A stretch of 63,728 nt of DNA, counting the filler, from Collodictyon triciliatum (taxonomy: Eukaryota): NCBI GenBank assembly GCA_043381765.1. It is 3 parts of 3 records of this genome, joined end to end, with 100 filler letters (N's around TTAATTAATTAA, not from the genome) between each part and the next. Parts side by side here need not be neighbours in the genome. Positions count along the whole stretch, not along the records: positions 25,212 to 38,059 come from JBHJMP010000993.1; positions 38,160 to 63,728 come from JBHJMP010000998.1; 1 more part is not named here. One strand, written 5' to 3'. The notes beneath the pieces are model-generated. The model worked only from the letters and a program-made list of their open reading frames with translations. It was not told the origin of the DNA and did not search any database. The translations under genes were made by a program, and so were the position numbers. This document shows positions 25,774 to 38,473 of this stretch, in pieces (the stretch's first letter is position 1; each line of letters opens with the position of its first letter).

Positions 25774-26344
25774 AATTCGGGCTGGTTTTCCATTTATTTG
25801 ATCCAAAGAATAAAGTATGACTATATAAAATACAAAAAAACTTTCACTTCAATTGAATAAAGAAAAATGGTTATATAATACAAAGACATTCAAAAGCATT
25901 TTGTGAATTAAACAATCAAAATGTTGACAAATCTTAAGTATGAAGAGGAGCAACCCTTAGTTTTTTCTTTTATTCAATTCAAAGGATGGATCTAGGATAG
26001 ATAAATTACTTTATTTTGACAAAAAAAATACTTTCTCTCGAATAGAATATAAGAAATATTGTGGGTAATATCTCACAACACATTTTCAGATTTTTTTTTT
26101 GCTTAGGGTACAGAGTAGCCTAGAATTTGGATGTTTCTTTTTATCAAGCTCTTCAAGAAGATATATTAAAGTAAGATTCCTAGATTCAGCGAACTGATAT
26201 TCTCGTGCACTAGAGGCATTCTAGCAAGAGTATGTACACAGTCCATGAGTACCGTAGCATATATTCCCTATGTAACTGTCCAGGGCATTCTTTTTTATTA
26301 TTATTTTTTTCGATTTTTGGGCAAAATTATAGGGTTAGGGTAAC

Positions 26345-27150
26345 CTTGATCCGCTGGCCAACGTTTGCATGGATGATACTTGGTGTTAGAGTGATGGAAA
26401 AGTAGTCGGTAATCAGGAATCGCATCCTGCAGTTTGGCATGTAGTCTGGGTCTTGTGCTTGCATGAGAAGCAAAGTGAGGCTTGATTTCTTGCTCAGCTT
26501 CTTTCCTCATGTCCCTTCTCACAGGATTTAAGAAATGGAGAACGTGAAGGTGGCGAAGAAAGCTGTGAGGAAAGTGATATGTATGATTTCATACCCTCTA
26601 TTCTCAGAAATAGATGACTGGTTGTCGAATCTTGATTTTACTTGAGTATATGCATATTATCCACGTGGTCCATAGGAAATGGCCTGCGTTACTGCCCAGA
26701 AGGTTTTCACATCTCTGGACGCAGTTGGAGCAGAGGTTCAAATATCACCTAGGTTAGACCAAAAGCTGCTGCCATCTTGAGTTTAAGCCAAAGAATCATG
26801 GTGGTCGTTTCGCGCAGGTTTTGAGAGATAGGATACTGCACAAATGTGTGCTCAATAGACTTATCACTTTTGCTGCAAAGTGTGAATTGTTGGGAGGCTT
26901 TGCTAGCTTTTTCCGCACGTGAACACTTATCCATAACTACCCATTGGTGATATCAAGCAAAAAAGAGCGATGATTTGGAAGTATTTGGAAGGTTTTGTGG
27001 GTTTTGTGGGTTTTGTGGGTTTTGTGGGTTTTGTGCTTAGATCTAGCTTGCGGTGAGCAAGGTGTGGGTGATGCTCACTTGTTCTCCTCATAGCCGATGA
27101 TTTGATTTTTTTTGTGAGATTGTATGTGTTGGGGACTTATATCGAAAGAA
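26345..27150 (-). mobile_element. Degenerate non-LTR retrotransposon fragment (zf-RVT region), paralogous to 41310-42070
   Basis: QQFTLCSKSDKSIEHTFVQYPISQNLRE; colinear DNA similarity to the second copy; frameshifts; internal (GGTTTTGTG)x5 expansion. Confidence 0.8.
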
Positions 27151-27531
27151 TTTATATATCTGGGGCATTATAGAGTTGTGAGTCATTTGGTTTTGTGTAT
27201 CATAAAGGATTGTGTGTGTGTGTGTGTGCTGCGTTGAGTAATAGCATAATCAATCCTGGAGAGCGTTTTAATAATCGATTATGTTTTTATTGAACAACAG
27301 AGCACTCAATTTATTCATATTATTCCTTTCAATTTTTCTGCAGGACGGTGGGATTTTTTTTTGTGCAGGAAGGTGGGAAAAATAGAGCACTCGATAATAT
27401 ATATTATCCATCGAAATCCTTTTTTCACTAATAGATATAAAATAAAACACGGATCCACAACAAGTACATCTTTTTTTAATTGTTTTAATTTTATTTTTCC
27501 AGAAAGATTCACTTGGACTTTATGGTGAAGA

Positions 27532-30500
27532 TTAAATTGATCCCAATTCGTTTTCTATTTCGTAGAAGGAGGGTCTTTTGGTGGGTTCTGCATTCCAACA
27601 ATCCTGGATTAATTTAGTCAATGACGGATGAACATCGGATGGAATATTTGGCCTTATCCCATTGATCACTTCTAATGCTAGCTTGTATGGATCGACACTA
27701 TCGTAGGGTTTTTTTCTTGTGCATACTTCCCACGATAGAATCGAAAAGCTATAAACATCCGCTTTTTCGTCATATCTGAGCCCTTTCAAAACCTTTAGAT
27801 AGATTCAATTATGAATTTCTTGGAGAAGGCTTATCTCAGAAGTAAATTATATATTTTCTTGACATTTTGATATTTACGCGATATTATCTAAAATACTCTA
27901 ATAGATTATCATTATAAACCTCTGGAGCTATCCATGCCTTTGTTCCACATTTTGTCATGGTCTGATTATTTGCCTTTACTCTTGCTAATCCAAAATCTGC
28001 TATTTTAGCAACAATGGGACTGTCTTGAAATATCTATTGAGATTGAGTTTCTCATCATATAGGAGAGGTTGATAATTAATGAATGATGGCTTTGAGTATT
28101 ACACAAGAAGAGAAATTACCAAGACATTGTCGCTTTTCAAGTCTCTATGGAATATGGGTCTCTCACGGGAGTGTAAATATCGCATGGCGCTAGATATATG
28201 CCTTAGAATTGTCTTTTGCTTTTCAAAATTGATTATTACCTGGTTATGAATAAAAAGCTAGTATGAAATAAAATTTTCAAGTTTTTGGATATGAAAGAGT
28301 TTTTTATCATCTGTTTGCAGAATTTTTGATATCAACTAAGAATTGAGTTATTTATAAAGGCTTAGGACTTACAGACTTGTCTTGTAAATATTTTGATAAA
28401 CTTCCAAAAGCTGCATATTCTAAAACCAAGCATAGATTTGGCTGTTCCAAGCACACTCCATGGAAACGAATTATGTTCTCATGGACCAAATCCCTTTTTT
28501 TGCAAAAAAAAATATTATTAAATATGTTTCCGTATGAAGAATGTTTCCTTTTTTTTAAAAAAAAACTTTAAGATATTGCTATTTATTTTGTAATCTTCAA
28601 GTGTATTGGAAATGTATTCAGATCATTGTAGGGTTATTGAATGGATTATTTGTTATGTACTTTATTGTCAGGACTTCAGACATCAAGGAAAAAAGTTGTT
28701 TTTCGGGCATTTTTTGTCTGATGAATTTCTTTACAGCAACTTGTTTTTCTCCAATTGAACCAAGGTAGACTGTACCGTACGATCCAGACCCAAGTTCTTG
28801 GGTACTTACGTTAATGTCTTCGAATTTGATCTGGAATGACTCCTGTAAAATCAGAGAGAGAGAGAGAGTGTGTGTGTGAGTGTGTGTGTGTGGATATATT
28901 TTTGATTAGTAATAGCAAAGTGTAGGAGTGAAATGTATTTCTCGAATCCATTTTGAAATTATTTTTTTTAGGATTTTAGATACTGAAATAAAAAAGAAAC
29001 CTCATTTGATGTATCTGTTTCGGGATCTTGCTTAAAATCAACCATTGAATTTATGTATTGATTCGAATCAGCCGAAAAATATTGGACACGGTCTCGCAAT
29101 ATTTCAGAAGTAATCTTACAATCAATACCATATTAATAAATTATTTTTTGAGAACACCAAGCGTACAAAGAACTTTATCATATGAAATATGAAGAATCAT
29201 TTTTTTGTATCCAGTATATTTATATGAAACAGAAATGAGATTTGGAAGAATACCTCGTAAAGATGCTCAGGTGTATCCAATCCTTTCATTTCATGATGAC
29301 CGATATCTCTAATCAAGATATTTCCCAGAAATTTCAAATCACTACTAATCGCCTAAAATCAAAGTTTTTTTGTTAGGGTTTATCTCATCAATTTTGAATA
29401 TATTAAAACAATAATCACATAAATAAGAAAAAAATAGGGTAGCCTTACATTATAAACAGCCTCTCCGATTACCACTTGGCCTCCTTTAGGATAAGACCCA
29501 ATTCTTGCAGCTGTGTTTACTACAGGCCCATAGTAATCCATTCTCCCAGTCACAGGATCTTCTCGACACAATGGAGATCCGGTATGAATCCCCTTTCATC
29601 AAAATTTTAATTTTTTTTATCAAAACAGAATATAGAATAAGTCTACAGATTTTTATATTATTCTTTATAATTATAAATTCAATCGAAATATATGTTTTTG
29701 TCTTTTTTTTTTAAAAAAAAAGAAAGCCCAAAATTTTTTATTACCATTCGGACTCGAATACCTCTGAAAATCAATCCTTTTGCACTTTTAACGACAGTCG
29801 TTGATGGATGATTAAGAATTTTTGACGGCCAGTCGACTAGTAGCAGCATTTCTTGTGCTTGTAAAGCAAACTTTACAGCATTTAAAATCGAATCAAATGC
29901 AATCATAAAGGCATCTCCTTCTGTTTTAACCTCATAACCCTATTTTTTTTAAAAAAAAATAACGAGTACATGAATTAGTTATAAAAAAGGGTATTTTTAT
30001 AAAGATTTTTTTATGTGTTTTACATCATTATAAATTTGAAGCTATTTGATATTTGAACTACTTTGTTTCTCCGAATAGCATCTCTCATGGTGTCGTTGTG
30101 AAGATTCAATACTTCAATCATATCTTCAGGGAATTTCCCCCAAAGTGAAGTTGAGCTTTGGATGTCTGTAAATATCAAGGCTATGTTTCCTGTAGGTGCC
30201 ACCTGCTTCGCTCTGTTGCCTATTTTTGTACCCATAATGGTTCCAGAGCTAAAAGACATGGATGCCGATTCGTTTTTCTTAAATGCAACGTGACTTGTAA
30301 TTTCACTAAAAGATGGTCTATCTGTTGGGTTGTGAGACCAACATCTCTCTGCCAAATTCCTTAGTTCTGGAAGGTTCTCATATTCTGGTAAGAATGTTGG
30401 TCTTAGGGTTCCCTCCTGAACCCTGTAAATAACCGATTCTGCTAGTTCTCCCTTTTTTTTTTGAAATAAAAAAGTAAAATTGTATTCCTGGGTTTAGCGA

Positions 30501-33500
30501 AATATGGAACACAATAATTGACTATTTGATAAAGAAATCATTTTTTTTTAAAAATTTTTTTTTGGATACTGAATTTTTATAAAATACATTCAAGTCGAAA
30601 CAGTCATATTTTTCTGATTTAATCAAACCGGGTAGGGTTCTTGTCTACTTATTATTTCCCATATAATAATTCCAAAGCTATAGACATCTGATTTCATCGT
30701 GTATTCTTCCCCTTTGATGACTTCAGGTGCCATCCAAAGAAGTGTTCCAGGAGGTACAGAGTCTTTTTTTATTTTTGTTTGGACTCCACTCAGTCCAAAA
30801 TCACTTAATAAGGGTTCAATGTGTTAGTTTTATAATAAAAATTTGCTTTTTAAAATAGATTATATAGGCAAACATTTTAAAAATACCTTATTTTACAATT
30901 AAATCTCTCGTCGAGCTATTTGATTTATGGATTTTTTTATCAAAAGTCTTATTTTACTATATTATAACACAATTATCATCCTATTTTGTTTGTATACATA
31001 AATAAATACCAATAGATTGGGACTTTTAAGATCTCTATGGAGTATAGAAGGGGTTGAAAGATGGAGATACTGGAGACCTTTTATCAAAAAATTATACCAT
31101 TAAAAAATCTGGAATAAATTCTTTACTTATTTAAAATAGACATTTAGACATTTTAAAAAACCTTTAGCTGCATCATTTACGAATGAATACTTCATAAATT
31201 CATCAATATCAATCGATTGATTGTGTAGAATCTAACATTTGGTATTTTGGTTTTAGTAAAGACATTCACTTTTTTTTTGGATATTGATTAAAGTGGTGTT
31301 ATTCAAATTGATTTCTATAGTTTCTAATACAAAGACAATTTTTGTAAAAACTTATTCAAAATTTGATCAGAACTGCAAGGTATAGAGAAAATTGTTACAT
31401 CATGTAGACTTCCATGAACCATTAGTTCAGAAACGATGCATAAAAAGTTTGGGTCTATACATGCAGCCATGAATAAGACGATATTTGGATGTCTTAACTC
31501 TCTATAACATGATCATATGTTATACAATGGATTTTTTCCCTTTATTCATGCTATACAATGACATGTTTCGTGTGATTATAAATGAAGAAAAAAAAGGATT
31601 TCAAATACAGAGAATGACTAATGAATAGAATATTCTTTAATAAAAGGAAATTTTACACCATGACGCTGACTTCTGCTTCAAATTCCTTAATTGCAGCTTT
31701 CGTTATATTTTTGTTCAAAAGTTTCTTGATAGCAACATCAGTTCCTCTCCATTTACCTTTATAAACCTAGAAAACTTTTTTATTTATAAAGTAAAGAGAA
31801 ACTTATAATTAGATTCATTTTGGAATAAAAAAACAACCTCTCCAAACCCTCCCGATCCAAGAATATTTTCGTAAGAAAGTTCTTGATGGTTTATCACCCC
31901 ATAAAGCTTCTTTTCCGCTTCTTTCATCTTTTTAATCATTCTCTTTCGGTATATAAAGAAGACTGTCATTAGAATCACAAGTAAGCCACCCACTGTCCCT
32001 CCAATGACAGGAATATATTGGAATACTTTTGATTTGGTAACTGTAGGGTAAATTGTAAATAGAGTCGATTTTTCATTAATTTAGTAAGGATCCATGATGA
32101 TTTGTAAATATATTTTAATGTCTTTTTTCACGATAGTCTGAGTATGAAGATTTTACCCTTGTCGCACTGCATCTGTTTCAAATTATTGTATTTAATAACA
32201 AATTCTGAATAATTGATTCGTATTTAAATGGATTGGTGTTTGGAGTTTTTAAAAAAAAAATTAACCTTATTCATTTTATATCCTTCATTACATAAACAAC
32301 TGATGGATACTGGATCCATGTATGAATTATCAGGACATTCTAAGAATAGATTTTTTTTGAATTGTAATTCACATATGATGATTGTAGCAATAACTCTAAT
32401 AAATATAAACATATGTCTTTATTTTAAAACGGACTCACTTGCGTGATAAATATTAAACCCATAGCATCCATCACAAGGGTTGTTATCCTTATCACCAAGG
32501 ACTGTTTCAGATATGAATCTTATCAAAAACCCAGATGTTGAAGAATAAGTGTTTGTATTGCTCATCATAGTGTCTTCAAGCATGTTACCAGTTTCGAGAG
32601 AAATTATGTCAAGTCTGTGTTTTTGTTTTGAGTCTTGTTAATCAGTACTTTTATTTAAACATAAAAATTCTTTCTGCTTGAAGACAACAGTCATTTATTT
32701 AAGAAAATAAACAATGTATGGAGTAGATTTAACCTGTCTTGACCTCGAATATATTTTTCCACTTTGATATGAGTGGCATTTCTTAGAATCCAAGTGCAGT
32801 TTGAATTGGTAAGGTACATTCCATCGCCGCTCCCATCTTCAAACATTTCTGGAATAAATTGACTCTGAATTTCATTCATAGGGGATGAAGAACAGAACCC
32901 TTATAAGGTGTTCGAGAGTTAGTGTGTATTGGATAATAATTGATATCTTAAGATAGATTACAAGTAAAAAAAATTTTTTTAAAAAAAAAGAAAATTCAAG
33001 TTAAAAAAATAAAATTACCTGGCTTGTACATGATCACCAGATTAGTTCTGTAAAAATCGTTTTTTCCACCGAATAATACAATTTTATCATCAAAAACTCC
33101 TCCGTTTCCTTTTGATATTGAATCGTATCCAATCACTCTATTTGATATTTTCATCAAAGACTCGACTTTGTATTCTGTTATGAAAAAAGGGTTAGGCTTG
33201 ACTAAAAATATGAAATATTGTTCAAATCGATAATATTTAAAAACAGAGGAAAACAAGAATAATTTTTCTAAACTTTTATTGTTCTCATATATAAAACTGT
33301 CATAATAATAGAAAAAATAATGGGAGGGATTATATACTGTTTTGTATCATCTTTGACACCCATCTTCCGGAAAAAGGGTCGATGCCGAATAATACATTCA
33401 AGTTTTTGTAATAAAAACAAAGTGGTTGTGTAATCTGCGTACTTGATGCGCTATTGTTAAATACCACAGGTCTCCATATATTTTCAGCTATAGTTTAAAG

Positions 33501-36063
33501 TATTAATTTGAATCACTCTAAGGATGATTTTAAACAAGAAAATGCATTTATATTAACATATAAATCAATCTATGTTTTAATAAATCCATATGCATACTTT
33601 ACCATCCTGCACAAAATTGAAAGGAAGAATAAAAAAAATACATATGCATACTTATTCTATAATTCCATGTATCATCTAAGAGATTTCCGGAGAAATCAGT
33701 TCCTCCAAAAATTAAGATATTGTCATTATCAGTCTGACAGAGGGAATGATAAGCCCTCTTCTTCTAAAAATCCGATTCATATAAATTTATCAATTCAGAT
33801 ATGGAGGCATGAATTTTATATGGTTCAGTATTGTTTTCAATCGGTAGATGATAGTCAGGATGGGTTATTTTTTTGTAAGCATTTACAGGAATGACTCCAC
33901 CGATTTCCGTAGATTGTATATTTAGGGCTGAAAAATCAAGAATCATAACAGCAGAATAAAATTCTTTTTCGTCAGTTCCTGGTATAATCTTTATATTAAA
34001 TATTTTAATATGGAGAAAATAGATAGAGTGCTTATTATATGTACATATACATATATATATTATTTGGACCTTTCCACCCCACATGTACAGATTATGACCA
34101 ATTTGAACAGAACCAAGACCATCTCGATAATATGGTCTTTGAAAATTTGATAGATTCAGATCATAATCTTGTAAGCTCCATAATGATTCATCTATTTTTT
34201 TTTTAAAAATTTTTTTTCGAAAAATCAGTAATCCAAAGAAAATCAATTCATTTTTCAAAGAAAAGGATTTTGTATCAATCTAAACCTAAATCAAAGACCC
34301 AAAGTGAATTTGCTGAATATCTGAATTTGGTCTTTCCTCCAATCACAAAGACTTTATTGGACCAATATGAAATAGATGCACTAGATCTTGGTGGAGGTCC
34401 GAATTTTTCAGACTCAATAAAGAGACATTCCCATTCTTGGGTACCTTAATTTGAATGAATCATAAACACACAATTATTATCATAGTTTGTATTGGAATAT
34501 AGTTTATTTTTCTTTCTTTGATAAAATATATTAGGTTCTTAAAAATCTGTCAAACCTATATCAAAAATCCATAAATCATTGAGTAACAGTTCTTCTAGAT
34601 ATTCAGTAGATCCTCCAAATATAATTAATGCAGAGTCATTTAATTTGGAAAAGGATGTATCTATTCTATGCATAGGCGACAATCTGATTGAAGTATCAGA
34701 CCAGGTTTGAATACCTAATATATTTAATTTTTTGTATTAATTAAGCGTTCCCTGAAGAAAAAATTATACATTTTTAATATTGCATCAACCATAGATACAT
34801 ATAAAGCTTACTCGCATCCCAAGTCCATCCATCATTGCCCACTAAGTTGCTGGCACCAGAACCTCCAATTAAAAACATGGATGCTTTATTTGAAGTATAG
34901 GCAGCACCATATTTTGGTGGTGGAAATGAGATGGGTAGCTTTGGATTCTTTAGACCATAATTAACTCTAAAGTCTACCTGAAAGGTTTCTGTTTTATTTT
35001 TTTTTAAGAAAAAAGATATCAATCTAAAACTCTTTCTTCCAATTGAATTGAATATAGGAGAAAAATAAGAAAAGAGACCAAAATTTAATCTTGCAAAGCA
35101 ATCTATTCTAAAAATAATTTATGTACAAAGAGAAATACACTTTACCTATATTGATAACTATTAAGTCCTGTAGAACCTCTCCTTCTTTTATACCTCCAAA
35201 AATATGCAATTCATTTCCATAAATTCCATGTGAAAACTGTTGTCTTGAAAAATCACATATTCCTCCTTCTTCGTTACAAACCAAGCAATCATTCAATGAT
35301 ATAAGGGAGCTTTTTGATATCAATTCCTGTTCTTTTTCTATTTTTTTTTGAAAAAAAAACATTTTTATGAAACAATCAATTGAAGGACAAAAATCGAAGG
35401 GAGAAAAAAGTCTTTTTTTTTATTATTATTTTCATAAATAATTTGTTTTTACCGTATTCAAAAAAGTATATATATCCGTTTTCTTTGAATCCATTAAAGC
35501 CCCCAAATATGTATGCAGTGTTTTTATGAATTATCAGGCATGAGAAAGCTAATCTGGGCAAGTCTCCTTTCACATTGAGCAATTTCCATTCTCCTTTATC
35601 TGACGTATAAAAATAAAACCGAGTTATTTTCCCTTTCTCTTTTTTTAATGATTACTATTTTTTTCCTTTATTCGATTCAAAGTGTAGCGAGGTTATGCCA
35701 TCTTTTAATGATTACGATTGATTTACTTTGAATCGAATAAAGGAAAAAATGATTACTATCGATTTTTAAATTAATTACCTGGATTATAGTTGTATACGGA
35801 ATTGTCATATATTTCGTTAATCTGGTAATTTCATAAAAGAGTTTACTACGTCTTTCTTCTCATTTACATTTTTTTATTCTTTTTCATTTATCCGATTCAA
35901 AGTGTAGCGAGGTTATTGCATTATTTATTCTTAACTTCGATTTTGTATAATGTATGGAATATATTGCATATTCTCATTTATGATTGGTATCATCATTATT
36001 CCAAGTGATATTGTTTTAGTTATTCTTTGAATATGATAAAGGAAAAAAGTGTTTTGGTTATTG

Positions 36064-36094
<31 letters not shown>

Positions 36095-36215
36095 CATTAT
36101 CATTATCATTATCATTATCATTATCATTATCATTATCATTATCATTATCATTATCATTATCATTATCATTATCATTATCATTATCATTATCATTATCATT
36201 ATCATTATCATTATC

Positions 36216-36248
<33 letters not shown>

Positions 36249-37900
36249 TTAGAATTAAACATGAGTTCTTTAATTATGAATAATATATTTACATCTTTTC
36301 CTCCAAAAATTATAATGTCGTTGTTGTAATTGGCACATGATGACCCAATACGATGGAAAGGGTTTCTTTCTACCCTTTTCCATCGTCTTATATTAGGAAG
36401 GAAAAAATAAACGTAGTCATCTCTTTTTGTTGTCTGGCCTCCTAACATGACACCATATGAACCTCGGTTAAGTAGACAAAAGTGAACTCTGCTAGCTGGT
36501 AAATCTCCTTCGAGTGACTGTTTATTCCATTTGGATTTCACTACATGGACCAAAACATATATTTACTTTCTCTTAATACAAGACAAAGAAAAACATATTT
36601 GAAATTAATCACATGCATTTGAAAAATATCCCCAAATACAAATAGTACCTATGGATTTTGTGTAATAGACTAAGTCCATGTTATGGTGCAGGGCAAGAGA
36701 ATTGGTATCGATCGAATTACTACCTCCAACTAGATACATTATTTCATCTATCCAGATGATTTGTCCAAAAACTATTGGTGGGACATCAAAACTCAACTCC
36801 ATCATTTGAGATTGAGAAACATTTTTAATATCTATACGAATTTATAAGAAATTTTTTAGATTTTAATCCAAAATAAATCATTATGAAATGAAATGGTACT
36901 GATGTGATGCTCAATGATTTGGATATGTGTTATCATTTTTATTATCATTCATTTTTGGGTATAATAAAGGAAAAATACTGTTATTGGTTATATAAAGATT
37001 TTTTGTTTTCAAATTTTCTCTCCGATTCCTTTTTATTTTTTATAGATTCAAACATACTTGTCTTTAAATTTGTTTCTTGGTACGAATCGAAGCAAAAAGT
37101 CTAATTGATATGAGAGGTAAACAGAACTTTACTTTTTCAAAAAAATATACATTTAAATGAAATGGATTTTAAAAACATGTTTCTTCAAAATAAGGCGAAT
37201 ATTTCTCAATCTTTTGCGTTTTAAAAATTAGAATAATGATGAAAGGGGAAAATGGATCGATAATAAAAAAAAGAACCTGATTCATCATTGGCTGGTAAGT
37301 TCCTGTTGGACAAGACACACAATCTCCACGGAAATTGATATATCTCTCACTTTCACAGTAACAACCATCATCATTTGCATTGAATCCTTTGCTACATGCT
37401 TTTTTTTTAAAAAAAAGGAATAAGATGAATTTTAATTTACTTTAAGATATATGAATGAACTTTAGGGTATTTTTTATAATATTTAATTAACATGTGATTT
37501 AAATATTTTTGGAGGGGTAGGATTTCTCAAAATATTCTTACAAAACAGTTTCATTTCAAATCCTTCATCTCCAATGGAATTATAAGGTACATTAAATATC
37601 AGTCGAGAGACTGAAGATGGAACTCTTATCGTGGTATTGATGCTCTGTTTACTTATTTCAATCTGTATGTTTTATGAAATGAAATCCATGAAGTACAAAT
37701 TGCAGTAAAGTTTTGATGAATCATTATATATATATTGAGAAAGTGAAATAAGAGGGATGGTTTTTTTAATAAAAAACGCATAAATTCTACCTTTCTGAAA
37801 TACTCATTGCCAAGAACTATATCTTTGTCACATGAAGATATGGTTTCAAGAATTAATGAAGCATCTCCGGAGACTTTCATCTTTTTGATCTTCGCTCAGG
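27532..37900 (-). CDS. Receptor-like protein: CUB-like/Cys-rich and Kelch-repeat ectodomain, TM helix, TKL kinase, class III nucleotidyl cyclase, second TKL kinase; 5' end probably lost at contig end
   Basis: Kelch GG motifs (IIIFGGK, AYIFGGFNG, LHIFGGI, LYMWGGK); YLTNSNCTWIL CUB-like motif; TM IPVIGGTVGGLLVILMTVFFIY; kinase 1 GSGGFGEV, HRDLKSPN, DFG, WMAPE; cyclase FTDIQSST, YEVKTEGDAF, RMGIHTG, RMDYYGPVVNTAAR; kinase 2 GSGSYG, HRDLKSDN, DFG, WIAPE. Confidence 0.9.
35643..35765. mobile_element. Two opposite-orientation micro-insertions of the GAATCGAATAAAGGAn family, each with its own TSD (intronic)
   Basis: Insert 35658-35700 flanked by ttttaatgattac (35643-35655, 35703-35715). Insert 35725-35749 flanked by tgattacgattgattt / tgattactatcgattt. 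Confidence 0.65.
36066..36245. repeat. (ATTATC)n intronic microsatellite
   Basis: Directly visible. Confidence 0.95.
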
Positions 37901-37957
37901 TAGAGTTAGTTGGGAAAAAAGTACAAAAATATAACCCTTACATTCAAATATATTCAA

Positions 37958-38257
<300 letters not shown>

Positions 38258-38473
38258 ATAACGATTTAAAAGCAAGTTTAGCTCCCGCCAGATCGCGAGT
38301 GTAAGACTTGGATCGGTCAATAGAATGTAATTTAGTTTTTTTTTTTTTGTATATACTTTCTCATGGCCGATACTTTTTCTATTTTTCTTTTTTCTCTTTT
38401 GTTTCCAGCCTCAACCCAACCACGATCTCTCGACAACCCAGCGACAAAACAGCCTTCACCCACACCGAGAGAA

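Noticed and set aside
26330-26345. TAGGGTTAGGG as a telomeric seed
   Set aside because: Fewer than two full units; expected by chance
35658-35749. MITE with 25 bp TIRs and a 9 bp TSD
   Set aside because: Each arm occurs alone elsewhere with its own TSD, so two independent insertions explain it better
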